A DNA stretch of 61,142 bases, counting the filler. It is 5 parts of 5 records of this genome, joined end to end, with 100 filler letters (N's around TTAATTAATTAA, not from the genome) between each part and the next. Parts side by side here need not be neighbours in the genome. Positions count along the whole stretch, not along the records: positions 1 to 22,865 come from SRR22947727_2118; 4 more parts are not named here. The stretch is one strand, 5' to 3'. Below the pieces are notes generated by a model. It was not told where the DNA came from, made no database searches, and was given only the letters and a program-made list of their open reading frames with translations. A program made the position numbers and the translations under genes. Below are positions 1-13,635 of this stretch, one piece after another (position 1 is the first letter of the stretch; each line of letters starts with the position of its first letter).

Positions 1-2
1 CC

Positions 3-1103
3 CCGACCAAAATCAGTCGAGTGAGGTCTACCGACTATTTATCGAAGCACACCGCTTTGTTCGCCTCTGGCGCCATTCCAGTTGATGTAATCATTGGCCC
101 GGAACAGCTCGTCACCCGCAATATTGAGCAACTCATTGCCAATCCCGGGTCGCTTCAAGTCCTTGATTTTGCCGAGGGCCGGATTCGGCTCGTCGCAGTC
201 AGGGCGGTGGAGGGAGGCCCCATTGTCGGTCGAGAGCTACAAGAAATTCGCGAACACATGCCGCGAGTGGATACCCGGGTTGCCGCTATTTTTCGGCGTC
301 TCGGTGACCCGATCATTCCAGAGGGCTCCACCGTCGTCGAACCGGATGACGAAGTCTTCTTTATCGCAGCGCGAGAACATATTCGTGAGGTCACCGCCGA
401 ACTACGGGACATCGATAAGCCCTATCACCGCATCATGATTGCCGGCGGTGGCAACATCGGTGCGACGCTAGCGGGTCGACTGGAAAAGCAGTATCAAGTA
501 AAAGTAATTGAGCGATCCTATGAAAGATGTCGAACGCTATCGGATTTGTTAGAGGACAGCATCGTGTTACACGGCAGTGGCAATGAACCCATGCTGTTGC
601 GGCAGGAGAACATTGAAAACACCGATGTGTTTTGCGCGCTCACCGATAACGATGAATCCAATATCATGATGTCGATGCTAGCCAAACGCTTAGGTGCTAA
701 AAAAGTCATCACGCTGATCACGAATTCAGCCTATGCGGATTTAATCGGTGAAGAAATTGACATCGCCATTTCACCGCAGCAAATCACCATCAGCAGTCTC
801 TTGGCACATGTTCGCCGCGGCGATATCAGCGCCGTTCACTCTCTTCGCCGTGGTGCGGCTGAAGCCATTGAACTCACGGCGCACGGTGATGCGCGCTCTT
901 CTAAAGTGGTCGGCCAGCGTCTTGACGCACTCAAACTGCCGTCAGGTGTCACGGTCGGTGCCATTTTGCGTGGTGATGATGTGTTAATTGCACATGGTAA
1001 CGTCGTCGTCGAAGCGAACGACCACGTGATTCTGTTTTTGACTGACCGCACGCAGATTTCCGCCGTGGAAAAGCTTTTTGCAGTGGGCTTTGGCTTTATC
1101 TAA
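3..1103 (+). CDS. trkA: Trk system potassium uptake NAD-binding subunit TrkA (5'-truncated)
   Basis: RCK domains with IAGGGNIG Rossmann motif, NIMMSMLAKRLGA and LRRGAAEAIE; frame is open to the window edge; directly upstream of trkH. Confidence 0.95.
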   Translation, partial: PTKISRVRSTDYLSKHTALFASGAIPVDVIIGPEQLVTRNIEQLIANPGSLQVLDFAEGRIRLVAVRAVEGGPIVGRELQEIREHMPRVDTRVAAIFRRLGDPIIPEGSTVVEPDDEVFFIAAREHIREVTAELRDIDKPYHRIMIAGGGNIGATLAGRLEKQYQVKVIERSYERCRTLSDLLEDSIVLHGSGNEPMLLRQENIENTDVFCALTDNDESNIMMSMLAKRLGAKKVITLITNSAYADLIGEEIDIAISPQQITISSLLAHVRRGDISAVHSLRRGAAEAIELTAHGDARSSKVVGQRLDALKLPSGVTVGAILRGDDVLIAHGNVVVEANDHVILFLTDRTQISAVEKLFAVGFGFI

Positions 1104-2551
1104 TGCAGTTTGCGATGGCTTTCAAAATTATCGGTGTGCTGCTGATTTTGTTCAGCAGCGCAATGCTGCCCTCGCTGTTTTTATCATTAGTCAGCCAAGA
1201 CGGAATCGAATCGGCCTTTGCGATTGGCTTTGGTGCAACACTGGCGGCAGGCATACTGCTGTGGCTGCCGAATCGGCTTCTGCGTCGGGATCTCAACATC
1301 CGCGATGGCTTTCTAGTGACCGCCTTATTTTGGATTGTCCTAGGATTATTTGGCGCTATTCCCCTGTGGATCACACCACAGCTCAGCCTATCCCCCGTCG
1401 CTGCTATTTTTGAATCGATATCGGGGCTAACCACGACAGGTGCAACGGTCATCACGGGCCTCGATGCACTGCCTCAGTCAATCTTGCTCTATCGGCAGTT
1501 ACTCCAATGGCTGGGCGGTATCGGCATTATCGTTTTAGCCGTGGCAATACTCCCAATGCTAGGCATTGGTGGCATGCGGTTATACCGTGCAGAAAGTGCG
1601 GGACCTTCCAAAGATAGTAAGCTCACACCGCGCATTACTAGCACCGCAAAAGCGCTTTTTGGTATCTATTTACTGCTCACCGTAGCGTGTGCACTGAGTT
1701 ACTTTGCCGCTGGGATGTCGCCGTTTGATGCGCTGTGTCATGCCTTTTCAACGGTCGCGATCGGCGGGTTTTCGACCCACGATGCGAGCTTAGGTTACTA
1801 CGAAGAACACGGTATTTTGTTAGTGAGTTCGTTATTTATGCTGTTCTCAGCGATCAATTTCGGCCTGCACTTTGTGGCATTGCAACGCCGTACTGCGCGG
1901 GTTTATGCGCGCGATTCCGAAACCGCTTTTTTCATCACCGTGATCGCGCTCGCCACCGTCGTCACCTGCAGCTTGTTACTGACTACCGAAACGCTGGGCG
2001 TAGAAGACAGCCTCATACATGGCGTTTTTCAAACGGTTTCCATTGCCACAACAACAGGGTTTACCACCCAAGACTTCTCAGTATGGCCCCTGTTTTTACC
2101 CATCCTGTTATTAATGCTGAGCTTTATGGGAGGGTGCGTCGGGTCAACAGGGGGCGGCATGAAGGCGATGCGAATCTTGCTGATATTCCGCCAAGGTATG
2201 CGAGAACTTCGGCAACTCCTACACCCCAATGCCGTTATTCCACTCAAGCTGGACGCGCGGAGAGTCCAAACAGAGGTCATCAGCGCGGTCTGGAGTTTTT
2301 TCGCCGTTTATATGTTTTGTTTTGTCATGATTTGGCTGGCATTGCTGGCCACTAATCTCGATTTTATTTCCGCGTTTTCAGCCGTTGTCGCGACCATGAA
2401 TAACTTAGGACCCGGCTTGGGCGAAGTATCCGGCGATTACGGAGCTGTCAGTGAAATAGGGAAATTGATCTTGTGCCTAGCGATGCTCATGGGACGATTA
2501 GAGGTGTTCACCTTGCTGGTGTTATTCACCCCCGCATTTTGGCGTCATTGA
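1103..2551 (+). CDS. trkH: Trk system potassium channel TrkH
   Basis: Multi-pass membrane protein with four pore-loop motifs (TTTGAT, AIGGFS, TTTGFT, NNLGPG) and GSTGGGMK; TAATG overlap with trkA. Confidence 0.95.
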   Translation: MQFAMAFKIIGVLLILFSSAMLPSLFLSLVSQDGIESAFAIGFGATLAAGILLWLPNRLLRRDLNIRDGFLVTALFWIVLGLFGAIPLWITPQLSLSPVAAIFESISGLTTTGATVITGLDALPQSILLYRQLLQWLGGIGIIVLAVAILPMLGIGGMRLYRAESAGPSKDSKLTPRITSTAKALFGIYLLLTVACALSYFAAGMSPFDALCHAFSTVAIGGFSTHDASLGYYEEHGILLVSSLFMLFSAINFGLHFVALQRRTARVYARDSETAFFITVIALATVVTCSLLLTTETLGVEDSLIHGVFQTVSIATTTGFTTQDFSVWPLFLPILLLMLSFMGGCVGSTGGGMKAMRILLIFRQGMRELRQLLHPNAVIPLKLDARRVQTEVISAVWSFFAVYMFCFVMIWLALLATNLDFISAFSAVVATMNNLGPGLGEVSGDYGAVSEIGKLILCLAMLMGRLEVFTLLVLFTPAFWRH

Positions 2552-2567
2552 TAGATGACCCACGCCG

Positions 2568-3389
2568 CTACTTTAAGCCTCGTGATTCTTGAATGACCTC
2601 ATAAGCAGCGGTGATCTCTTGGGCCCGCTCGGTACCCACCCGCAGTAACTCGTCAGGCACGCCCTCCGCGATCAATTTATCCGGGTGGTTTTCACTCATC
2701 AACTTTCGATATCGACGCTTAATCTCCGCGGGGGTGGCATCGGCTTGCAAACCCAGCGCAGCGTAAGCGGTATGCAATGCGGTTGATGCGCTGCCCTGCC
2801 CAGAGCGGCGATAGTCCGACTGTGATGAATGGCGTTGCTGAAACTGTGCTTGCGCGTTTGCCATTGAAATCAGTTGATCCACTTCACGTTGTGGCAGTGA
2901 GAGCAGCGCCGCCACTTGATACAAAGCCCCGCGCTCGTCATCCGAAAAGGTGCCGTCGGCAAGGGCAATACCGATCAAAAATGCCATTAACGTATGTTGC
3001 GCCTGCCTCCGCGGCCCTAAACATTCGGTGAAGCGCGCTACCGTCGGGGCGGGATCAAAACCAGACGAGGACCCCGCCTTAAAGTGATCAATCGCATTAC
3101 GGCGTTGCACCGCCGTCAGTCTGAGTTGCATGAATAGCGATTCGGTCTGTGCCACCTCGGCCTCCGAAACCCGCCCGTCCGCTTTGGCAACGAATCCTAA
3201 TAAGGTGAAGGTGGTCTCAAAAAACTGCGTCCGCATCATGGGGATCGCTTCAGGGCCAGACAACTGCAACGCGCGCCATAAGCCTCGATCAAAAGCGTGG
3301 CCCAACACCAAACCAAATAATAGGCCGGCAGGACCAAAGGCAAAAAAACCAATGGCACCCGCTATGCACTTGCCGATAATCCTATTCAT
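2568..3389 (-). CDS. djlA: DnaJ-like co-chaperone DjlA
   Basis: N-terminal Gly-rich TM (GHAFD), TerB-like AKADGRVSEAE domain, C-terminal J domain with HPDK. Confidence 0.92.
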   Translation of the reverse strand: MNRIIGKCIAGAIGFFAFGPAGLLFGLVLGHAFDRGLWRALQLSGPEAIPMMRTQFFETTFTLLGFVAKADGRVSEAEVAQTESLFMQLRLTAVQRRNAIDHFKAGSSSGFDPAPTVARFTECLGPRRQAQHTLMAFLIGIALADGTFSDDERGALYQVAALLSLPQREVDQLISMANAQAQFQQRHSSQSDYRRSGQGSASTALHTAYAALGLQADATPAEIKRRYRKLMSENHPDKLIAEGVPDELLRVGTERAQEITAAYEVIQESRGLK

Positions 3390-4369
3390 GGTGACACCCT
3401 AATCTCATCGATAAGCGGTGAATTGAGCCAATCGTAATGATCGATTGGACCGGGCGGACGGCAACGAAACCGCTTGTACTGCCACTGATATTGCGCTTCG
3501 TTACCGGCGATCAGATTCTCAACCCCACGGTTGATTGCCGTCAAAGCCTGCAACGGGTCATCGCTATAAACGCCGTTCTCGGTTGCCCGGTAAATCGCGC
3601 GAAAGCCCGTTGGGGTGCGGAGCACCGTGCCCATAACCGCCGCCGCGCCTGATCGCTTGATGAGGTTGTAGGCCAGTGTGGCAGTAAAGCAATCCACACC
3701 AAAAAAAGGCGCATTGAGTCCTGCCTTGTCGTCTTTAGGGACCTGATCAGGCAAGATCCCCGTAATACCGCCACGGCGAACAGACCGAACCAGCTCGGCA
3801 ATGCCGCGTGGGGTGGTGGGGACCAACCGACCCCCTGTGCGCTGTCGACCTTGATGCACGAGTTGATCCACCTTCGTCAACGCCAAGGGCTCATACAGCG
3901 CAACTAAATCTCCGAGCGTCGCAAGGTGCATCCCCAACAACTCCCAGTTACCCAAATGCGGGCCCAACACAATGACACCCCGGCCAGAGGCTAGTGGCTC
4001 GGTGACTGCCTCAACCCCCTCGACCGTTAACATGGCAGAGGTTGTCGACCACGCACGGGACCACAACGGGCCAATTTCGGTCATTAATTCCGCCGTCGAT
4101 TGCACGCTTTGACGGGCCACTGCCCGCCGGGTCTCTGGGGCCCAGTCAGGGTAGGCCAGTTCAAGATTGCGAATAGCGACGCGGCGCATCCTCGTATTAA
4201 ACCGGTACAAGACACTGCCCACTCCCCTACCGAACGCTCGTGACCAACGAATCGGAATGATTCGCGTCACAGTCATCAACACTCTCACGAGCGAGATCAC
4301 CGTCCATTCCAGCCAAACGGGTTTTGATGTCACAGCCATAGCAATACGAAGGCTCAGTAAGATCCACAT
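3386..4369 (-). CDS. Lipid A biosynthesis acyltransferase, LpxL/HtrB family (alternative ATG at 4339)
   Basis: HLGNWE catalytic motif, [18 protein letters not shown]; divergent from glyQ. Confidence 0.88.
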   Translation of the reverse strand: MWILLSLRIAMAVTSKPVWLEWTVISLVRVLMTVTRIIPIRWSRAFGRGVGSVLYRFNTRMRRVAIRNLELAYPDWAPETRRAVARQSVQSTAELMTEIGPLWSRAWSTTSAMLTVEGVEAVTEPLASGRGVIVLGPHLGNWELLGMHLATLGDLVALYEPLALTKVDQLVHQGRQRTGGRLVPTTPRGIAELVRSVRRGGITGILPDQVPKDDKAGLNAPFFGVDCFTATLAYNLIKRSGAAAVMGTVLRTPTGFRAIYRATENGVYSDDPLQALTAINRGVENLIAGNEAQYQWQYKRFRCRPPGPIDHYDWLNSPLIDEIRVSP

Positions 4370-4439
4370 TGGGAAAGCTTATTATGGCGCGCACAACGCA
4401 GTTATACTAATGCTTGTCTTTCGTTTTAGGTTATTTCCC

Positions 4440-5384
4440 GTGGGTCCCCCAACTTTTCAAGATATCATCCTGCGCTTACAGAACTATTGGGCCGGTCACG
4501 GCTGCGTTGTGCTGCAACCGCTGGACATGGAAGTGGGCGCAGGCACGTTTCACCCCGCCACCTTTTTACGCGCATTGGGGCCAGAAAATTGGAATGCGGC
4601 ATACGTGCAACCCAGCCGGCGACCTGCCGACGGTCGCTATGGCGAAAACCCAAACCGTTTACAACATTACTATCAGTTCCAAGTCGTCATGAAGCCGTCG
4701 CCATCCGATTTTCAAGCGCTTTACCTGGGCAGTCTTTATGCGCTGGGTGTAGACCCGCTGATACACGATATACGCTTCGTTGAAGATAACTGGGAGTCAC
4801 CCACGCTAGGCGCGTGGGGTTTAGGGTGGGAGGTCTGGTTAAATGGCATGGAAGTCAGCCAGTTCACCTATTTCCAGCAGGCGGGCGGACTAGAATGCTA
4901 CCCGGTAACCGGCGAGCTGACCTATGGCATCGAGCGAATCGCTATGTATTTGCAAGGGGTCGAATCAGTCTATGACCTCGTCTGGGCAGAGACCCCTGCG
5001 GGGCCTGTCACCTACGGTGATGTCTACCACCAAAACGAGGTGGAGATGTCGACGTTTAATTTTGTAGAGGCCGATGTCGAGAACTTATTCACCCAGTTCG
5101 CCTTTTATGAGCAGGAGGCGATCCGCTTAGCCGATAAGCAGCTACCCCTCCCCGCCTATGAGCAAGTGATGAAGGCATCTCATACTTTTAATTTGTTGGA
5201 CGCGCGACACGCTATCGGCGTGACCGAGCGGCAACGCTATATCTTACGTGTCCGCACGCTGGCAAGAGCGGCAGCAGAAGCCTATGTTGCCGCGAGAGCC
5301 GCTCTCGGTTTCCCTCAGGCAGATCCTGACCTTGCCGCCGCCGCATTAGCGCAACTCAACGCTGCGAAGGAGCCTACCTCATGA
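4440..5384 (+). CDS. glyQ: Glycine--tRNA ligase alpha subunit
   Basis: [36 protein letters not shown]; start moved to GTG at 4440 because the longer ORF overlaps lpxL. Confidence 0.97.
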   Translation: MGPPTFQDIILRLQNYWAGHGCVVLQPLDMEVGAGTFHPATFLRALGPENWNAAYVQPSRRPADGRYGENPNRLQHYYQFQVVMKPSPSDFQALYLGSLYALGVDPLIHDIRFVEDNWESPTLGAWGLGWEVWLNGMEVSQFTYFQQAGGLECYPVTGELTYGIERIAMYLQGVESVYDLVWAETPAGPVTYGDVYHQNEVEMSTFNFVEADVENLFTQFAFYEQEAIRLADKQLPLPAYEQVMKASHTFNLLDARHAIGVTERQRYILRVRTLARAAAEAYVAARAALGFPQADPDLAAAALAQLNAAKEPTS

Positions 5385-7456
5385 GCACCGCTGATTTGCT
5401 CTTTGAATTGGGAACAGAAGAACTGCCCGCGGGAGAGATTGAGCCACTCGTGACAGCTTTGTCAGCGGGTATCAGGAATGGTTTAACAGAGCACGGACTG
5501 CCTTTTGCGCACGCCCATTGCTTCTCTACCCCACGCCGACTGGCGGTGTTGATCACCGAGGTCACACTCAAAGGCCCCGACATCGAACGGACCGTCGTCG
5601 GTCCGCCTGCCTCTGCCGCGCGCAACGAAGCAGGCGGCTGGACCAAGGCGGCTGAAGGATTCGCTCGCAAACAAGGCGTCACCCTCGATGCCCTAGTCGT
5701 CAGGGAGGAACAAGGTGTTGAACGGATCGTTGCCAACATTGCCCAAGTGGGTGTCGAGGCAGCGTCCGTTATCCCGGATATCGTCAGCGCCGCTGTCAAC
5801 GCCCTGCCCGTATCCAAGCGGATGCGTTGGGGACGCACCCGGTATGATTTTTTACGACCTGTTCAATGGCTGGTGCTCCTGCTGGGAGACACGATCCTCC
5901 CGCTTGAACTATTTGGACGAAGCAGTGGTCGTGAAAGCAGGGGCCACCGTTTTCACGCCAACCACTCGGTGAGTATTGCGGCGCCGCGTGATTACTCGGC
6001 AGCATTACATCAAGCAAAGGTGATAGCGGATGTCGATGAGCGCCGTGCGCGAGTTGCAGAGCAAGTATCTCAGCTCCAGGGTAAAGGGGAGCAAGTTGCG
6101 TTATCTCAGGAATTGCTCAGTGAAGTCACCGGTCTGGTCGAATGGCCTGTCGCACTGCGCGGCAGCTTTGATAAAAGCTTCCTTGACGTGCCCTCTCAAG
6201 CACTGATTTCCGCGATGAAAACACACCAAAAGTATTTTCATATCACCGATCAGGAGACCGGTGCGCTGCTGCCTGCGTTTATCACCGTCGCCAATATCGA
6301 GAGTCAACAACCCTCAGAGGTCATCGCCGGCAACGAACGCGTGATCCGGCCCCGACTCAGCGACGCCGCCTTTTTCTTTGCCAATGATAAGCGCTCGACG
6401 TTGTCATCAAGGCAAGACCGCCTCAGTAGTGTCGTCTTTCAACGCCAGCTGGGGAGTCTGCTCGACAAGACGCATCGCATGGAAACATTAGCGGCAAGAC
6501 TGGCTGACGCCACAGGCGCGGACCACGATGTCACCACGCGCGCAGCAGCACTCGCCAAATGCGATCTGGTGTCAGAGATGGTGCTCGAGTTTCCTGAACT
6601 GCAGGGCATAGCCGGCGCACATTATGCTCGGCACGACGGTGAACCGGATCGAGTCGCTCACGCTATCGAGGAGCATTACTATCCGCGGTTCGCCGGCGAC
6701 GCCTTGCCTTCCTCTCCGGAAGCGACGGCAGTGGCCTTGGCCGATCGCCTCGATACATTAGTCGGCATTTTTGGCGTCGGTCAGCCACCAACAGGCTCTA
6801 AAGATCCCTTTGGACTTCGACGCGCAGCATTAGCCATTATCCGAATGCTCATCGAGTGTGATCGTCCTTTATCCCTCGATAGCCTGTTGGAGAGTGCCTG
6901 CGCTCAGCACAGCGCGACCTTGGCGCCCGATACAGCCGATCAAGTCTTGCACTACATGCTGGAACGGCTCGATAGCTGGTACGAAAGCCAATCTATTCAC
7001 GTAGAGGTGGTGCGCGCCGTATTGGCGGTGGAAAGCCGGCATCTTCATGATATCGATCTGCGGATCAAAGCATTGGCCGCATTTGCCGAAACCGACACGG
7101 CGCAGCAACTCGCGGCTGCCAACAAACGTGTGGCCAATATACTCGCTAAAACCAGCGAACAGGATGTGGCGCCACCCGATTCATCGCTATTTCAAGAGCC
7201 GGCTGAGCACATCCTCCACAACGCCGTTATCAATGCGGGACAGGCGCTCACACCGCTGATCAACGCGCGCGACTATCGAGCCGCGCTGGAACAACTGGCA
7301 ACACTGCGGGCACCGGTGGACGATTTCTTTGAGTCGGTCATGGTTAACGCCGAGAACCCCACGGAACGTCTCAATCGGTTGCGGTTGTTGGGGGCCTTAC
7401 GCGCGTTATTTACACAGTTGGCTGATTTAGCACTGTTGTCCTCGGGCTCAGAATGA
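5381..7456 (+). CDS. glyS: Glycine--tRNA ligase beta subunit
   Basis: [43 protein letters not shown] overlap with glyQ. Confidence 0.97.
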   Translation: MSTADLLFELGTEELPAGEIEPLVTALSAGIRNGLTEHGLPFAHAHCFSTPRRLAVLITEVTLKGPDIERTVVGPPASAARNEAGGWTKAAEGFARKQGVTLDALVVREEQGVERIVANIAQVGVEAASVIPDIVSAAVNALPVSKRMRWGRTRYDFLRPVQWLVLLLGDTILPLELFGRSSGRESRGHRFHANHSVSIAAPRDYSAALHQAKVIADVDERRARVAEQVSQLQGKGEQVALSQELLSEVTGLVEWPVALRGSFDKSFLDVPSQALISAMKTHQKYFHITDQETGALLPAFITVANIESQQPSEVIAGNERVIRPRLSDAAFFFANDKRSTLSSRQDRLSSVVFQRQLGSLLDKTHRMETLAARLADATGADHDVTTRAAALAKCDLVSEMVLEFPELQGIAGAHYARHDGEPDRVAHAIEEHYYPRFAGDALPSSPEATAVALADRLDTLVGIFGVGQPPTGSKDPFGLRRAALAIIRMLIECDRPLSLDSLLESACAQHSATLAPDTADQVLHYMLERLDSWYESQSIHVEVVRAVLAVESRHLHDIDLRIKALAAFAETDTAQQLAAANKRVANILAKTSEQDVAPPDSSLFQEPAEHILHNAVINAGQALTPLINARDYRAALEQLATLRAPVDDFFESVMVNAENPTERLNRLRLLGALRALFTQLADLALLSSGSE

Positions 7457-8820
7457 GCGCCGACGCGCTATTTTGGGCCGGCCTTGCCACCGCGATCGGC
7501 GTTGGATTGGCACTATGCTTAGTGGCGCTGCAGCGAAGACGGGCTGAGTTAACCGAGTCACAGCAAGCGTTCACCACACAGATCACCGAGACCGCAGTGG
7601 CTCACGAAAGAAATGCCCAACTCCAAGCGGAGGTGTCGCAGTTACAACACACACTGGCGACTCTCCAGGCAGACCTTAGCGCACAGACTGCCACGCTCAC
7701 GGAGCGCGAAGCCAACCATCAAAACCAAATGAAATGGGCAGAGTCCTCTCGTACGGCACTGAAAGCAGAGTTAGAGAGTATCGGTCAAAAATTACTGTCG
7801 GCCTCGGGAAAAACGCTTGAGACCACCAACCAAAAAAGTCTCGATAGCCTTCTCAAACCGTTGGGCGAAAAAATTGACCAGTTCCAAACGCGAGTCAATC
7901 AGGTACACACCGATATGGTACGCAACAGCGCTTCACTGTCTGAGCAGGTGAAACACCTAGAGTCAGTTGGGCTATCGATGTCGGGGGAAGCTAATAATCT
8001 CACTCGCGCACTCAAAGGGGACAAAAAATTAGTCGGGAACTGGGGTGAGGCGCAACTCGAAAAAACACTGGAGCTCGCGGGGCTTCGACGCGGCGAGCAC
8101 TTTGATGCGCAAGTGGCATTTCGTGATGAACGCGGTGATAAGTACCTGCCCGATTTCATCATACGACTACCTCAGGGCAAAAACCTGATTGTGGATAGTA
8201 AAGTGTCGCTGGTTGATTATGAGCGCGCCGTCGCGGCGGTGTCTGATGCTGAGCGTATCGTGTCCCTCGAAGCCCACGCGAAAGCAGTCAAACAACATAT
8301 CGACTCCCTCTCGGCCAAAGATTACGCCAACCTCCCCGGTGTGGAGAGCCCCGATTTTGTACTGATGTTCATGCCCGTAGAACCCGCGTATATCGAAGTG
8401 ATGCGAAGTCAACGAGAGTTATTTAATTACGGCTATCAAAAGAATGTAGTGCTGGTGTCACATACGACGCTCATGCCGATCCTGCGCACCGTTGCTAATT
8501 TATGGATGATTGAACACGGTAACCGCGAAGCGCAAGAAATCAGCTCACGTGCAGGCGATATCTACAATACGGTATGCTTACTGGGCGAACGGCTATATGC
8601 CCTAGGCGCCTCTATTTCGACAACCGCTAACAAATACAATGACGCCTTGAAAGCGGTTCAAGGCAAGCAGGGCTTGGTCGGCAAGGTGGCCCGTTTTCAA
8701 TCCTTATCGCAACGGGCCAACAAAGATTTTCCGAAAACACTCGCCCCCATCGACCCCGATATTGATCGGGTAGAGTTGCCCGATACCGCGCATTCGTTGC
8801 CAGACCCCGACGAACACTAA
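7453..8820 (+). CDS. rmuC: DNA recombination protein RmuC
   Basis: N-terminal TM and coiled coil, GNWGE, PD-(D/E)xK-like PDFII...VDSK, PDFVLMFMPVE. Confidence 0.9.
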   Translation: MSADALFWAGLATAIGVGLALCLVALQRRRAELTESQQAFTTQITETAVAHERNAQLQAEVSQLQHTLATLQADLSAQTATLTEREANHQNQMKWAESSRTALKAELESIGQKLLSASGKTLETTNQKSLDSLLKPLGEKIDQFQTRVNQVHTDMVRNSASLSEQVKHLESVGLSMSGEANNLTRALKGDKKLVGNWGEAQLEKTLELAGLRRGEHFDAQVAFRDERGDKYLPDFIIRLPQGKNLIVDSKVSLVDYERAVAAVSDAERIVSLEAHAKAVKQHIDSLSAKDYANLPGVESPDFVLMFMPVEPAYIEVMRSQRELFNYGYQKNVVLVSHTTLMPILRTVANLWMIEHGNREAQEISSRAGDIYNTVCLLGERLYALGASISTTANKYNDALKAVQGKQGLVGKVARFQSLSQRANKDFPKTLAPIDPDIDRVELPDTAHSLPDPDEH

Positions 8821-8835
8821 GCGTCTCCGCGAGGA

Positions 8836-11289
<2,454 letters not shown>

Positions 11290-11337
11290 TTAGTAGCATC
11301 TCAATTGTGCACCCGTTTAGGGGGTGCGCCCTTCACA

Positions 11338-11370
11338 CTATTAACACTCTATTAACACCCTATTAACACC
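11338..11370. repeat. Tandem 11-bp repeat (CTATTAACACY)x3 at the recF-gyrB junction
   Basis: CTATTAACACT 11338-11348, CTATTAACACC 11349-11359, CTATTAACACC 11360-11370. Confidence 0.9.
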
Positions 11371-12436
11371 GGGATATCACGCCTTGTTCCACGTGGAACA
11401 ACTCAAGGGGGTGCCCCCCCCATGCCGCCTCCAACGATCCACGGTCGACAGCGGTTAACAATACTTGTCGCTGGGCACCCAACTCAGTGCATACCGCCGC
11501 GCGGTGGGCCTGATCAAGCTCTGCCGGCAAATCGTCAATCAAGTAAAAAGGGGCCCTGTGTGATAACGCCTCGATTAACTGGCCCTGCGCCAACTTGATC
11601 GCCACAAACATTAACTTCATTTGCCCTCTCGACAACACCTCCGACACCAACACACCGTCCCGGGTTAGCTTGATGTCGGCCCTGTGCGGACCCACCCGCG
11701 TAAACCCTTGGATCTTGTCCGTTTGCGCACTTTTATCGAGCGCGGCACCCAACGTCTCGCGTCGATCCCAGCCAGGCCGAAAGGCCAGCTCAACACCCCG
11801 TAAGTCATCAGACAGTTGTGGTGCTATTTCGCAGAGCTTTTCACCCAACTGCGTCGCCACCGCCGCTCTCACCGCGGTCAACTGCTCGCCCGTTTGCGCC
11901 AACTCCTCCCGCCAGGCGCTGTCTCCATCGAGTATACCACGGCGAAGCCCTGCATTACGCTGACGAATCGCCTGTGCGTAGCGGCGCCAAACCGCCAAAA
12001 AACCCTGTTCCACGTGGAACAATGTGCCATCCAACAGGCGGCGGCGGCCCTCGGGAGGGCCTGTCAACAAACCCAACCCATCCGTCTCTACGAGTATAAG
12101 TGGTAACTGCTGCGCTAGATCTGACAACGACGGCACCGGCTCACCCTCTAGTCTCGCCTTGGCGCCTCCATCACGATATTTCTCAATACCCATTGTCAGG
12201 CTCCGCCCCTGTTCACTCAAGCGCCCCACCACACGACAAAACTCTGCGCCATGTTGGATCATGGGCCGAGATTGATGCGTTCTAAAAGAGCGTCCCACCC
12301 CCAATAAGTAGATGGCCTCAAGAAAACTGGTTTTACCGGAGCCATTAGCGCCGAATAATGCCGTCGCACCCGCCGAGAGTGGCACTTTCACACCCGAGAG
12401 GTTTCGAACACCCTCAACCTCGACATACTCCAGCAT
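11363..12436 (-). CDS. recF: DNA replication and repair protein RecF
   Basis: Walker A GANGSGKT, GRSFR, GPHRAD, LSRGQ, LIDD; between dnaN and gyrB. Confidence 0.96.
   Translation of the reverse strand: MLEYVEVEGVRNLSGVKVPLSAGATALFGANGSGKTSFLEAIYLLGVGRSFRTHQSRPMIQHGAEFCRVVGRLSEQGRSLTMGIEKYRDGGAKARLEGEPVPSLSDLAQQLPLILVETDGLGLLTGPPEGRRRLLDGTLFHVEQGFLAVWRRYAQAIRQRNAGLRRGILDGDSAWREELAQTGEQLTAVRAAVATQLGEKLCEIAPQLSDDLRGVELAFRPGWDRRETLGAALDKSAQTDKIQGFTRVGPHRADIKLTRDGVLVSEVLSRGQMKLMFVAIKLAQGQLIEALSHRAPFYLIDDLPAELDQAHRAAVCTELGAQRQVLLTAVDRGSLEAAWGGHPLELFHVEQGVISRC
11385..11400. promoter_or_regulatory. parS centromere site (ParB binding)
   Basis: Perfect palindrome TGTTCCACGTGGAACA matching the parS consensus TGTTNCACGTGNAACA; inside recF; parA on the same contig. 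Confidence 0.9.
12006..12021. promoter_or_regulatory. parS centromere site (ParB binding)
   Basis: Second identical palindrome TGTTCCACGTGGAACA inside recF. Confidence 0.9.
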
Positions 12437-12455
12437 AGATGTTTATCGGTCTCGA

Positions 12456-13568
12456 CTAGAGCCGCATCGGCATCACCACGTAAAGCATTTCAGGCTCTTG
12501 ATCCGTCGGCGGCTCGGCCTGCTCTAGTAACGCCGAGCTGGCCTCATCAGAGAGGGATAACCGCACACCGGATTGACTCAGCACCGACAACACATCCAGC
12601 AGATAACTGACATTAAAACCAATCTCCAGCTCTCCCCCCGAATACTGCACTGCCACGACCTCTTCCGCCTGCTCTTGTTCCGGGTTATTGGCCGTAATTT
12701 CTAAGGTGTTATCCGATAACTTCAACCTCACACCACGATACTTTTCGTTCGATAAAATTGCGGTTCGGGTAAACGCTTGCTTCAGATCCGCCCGATCACC
12801 CACCACCGCTTTATCGGGGGATTTCGGGATTACGCGCTCATAATCGGGGAACTTGCCGTCAACTAGCTTCGAAGTGAAGGTAAACTGCTCGTTTGATGCG
12901 CGAAGATGGTTGCTGCCTATCGACAGCTGCAAGGGCGCAACGCCCTCTAACAGCCGAGACAGCTCCAGCACGCCCTTGCGAGGAATAATGACACCCGCAT
13001 CCGCCACATCCACTCGCTCTGGCGCCGTTGCCAGTGCCAGACGGTGGCCGTCAGTCGCCACCATACGAAGCCGGCCACCGAGCACCTCTAAATACAAGCC
13101 GTTCAAATAATATCGAACGTCTTGCTGCGCCATCGCAAAAGCGGTGCCATCAATCAAGCGCTTCATTAAAGACTGACTTAACGCCAGACTGATCGTGCCA
13201 GCGCCCCCCTCAACCGAGGGGAAATCCGCTGCCGGTAATGTGGACAACGTGAAGCGGCTGCGGCCCGCTTTCACTGTTGCCTTTCCGGCCTCTACGGAGA
13301 GTTCTATGTTAGAACCCTCTGGGAGTGATTTACAGATATCGACAAACTTTCTAGCGGGCACCGTGACCTCACCGTCAACACCGGGCGCATCGAGCTCTAC
13401 CCGCCCCACCAGCTCAACCTCCAGATCGGTACCCGTTAACGACAGCGTTGTACCCTCTAACACCAGCAACACGTTCGATAAAATGGGCAACGTTTGGCGT
13501 CTTTCGACCACCCCCGCAACCAAATTCAATGGCTTAATCAAGTTGTCGCGGGCGATGGAGAATTTCAT
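12456..13568 (-). CDS. dnaN: DNA polymerase III beta sliding clamp
   Basis: RQTLPILSN, QDVRYYLNG, ATDGHRL, GKFPDY, C-terminal VVMPMRL. Confidence 0.98.
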   Translation of the reverse strand: MKFSIARDNLIKPLNLVAGVVERRQTLPILSNVLLVLEGTTLSLTGTDLEVELVGRVELDAPGVDGEVTVPARKFVDICKSLPEGSNIELSVEAGKATVKAGRSRFTLSTLPAADFPSVEGGAGTISLALSQSLMKRLIDGTAFAMAQQDVRYYLNGLYLEVLGGRLRMVATDGHRLALATAPERVDVADAGVIIPRKGVLELSRLLEGVAPLQLSIGSNHLRASNEQFTFTSKLVDGKFPDYERVIPKSPDKAVVGDRADLKQAFTRTAILSNEKYRGVRLKLSDNTLEITANNPEQEQAEEVVAVQYSGGELEIGFNVSYLLDVLSVLSQSGVRLSLSDEASSALLEQAEPPTDQEPEMLYVVMPMRL

Positions 13569-13635
13569 GGCATTGAACTCAACAGTTGAAATAGACAGTG
13601 ATAGACACGATAACAGATCAAAGGCCAGACTCGCG

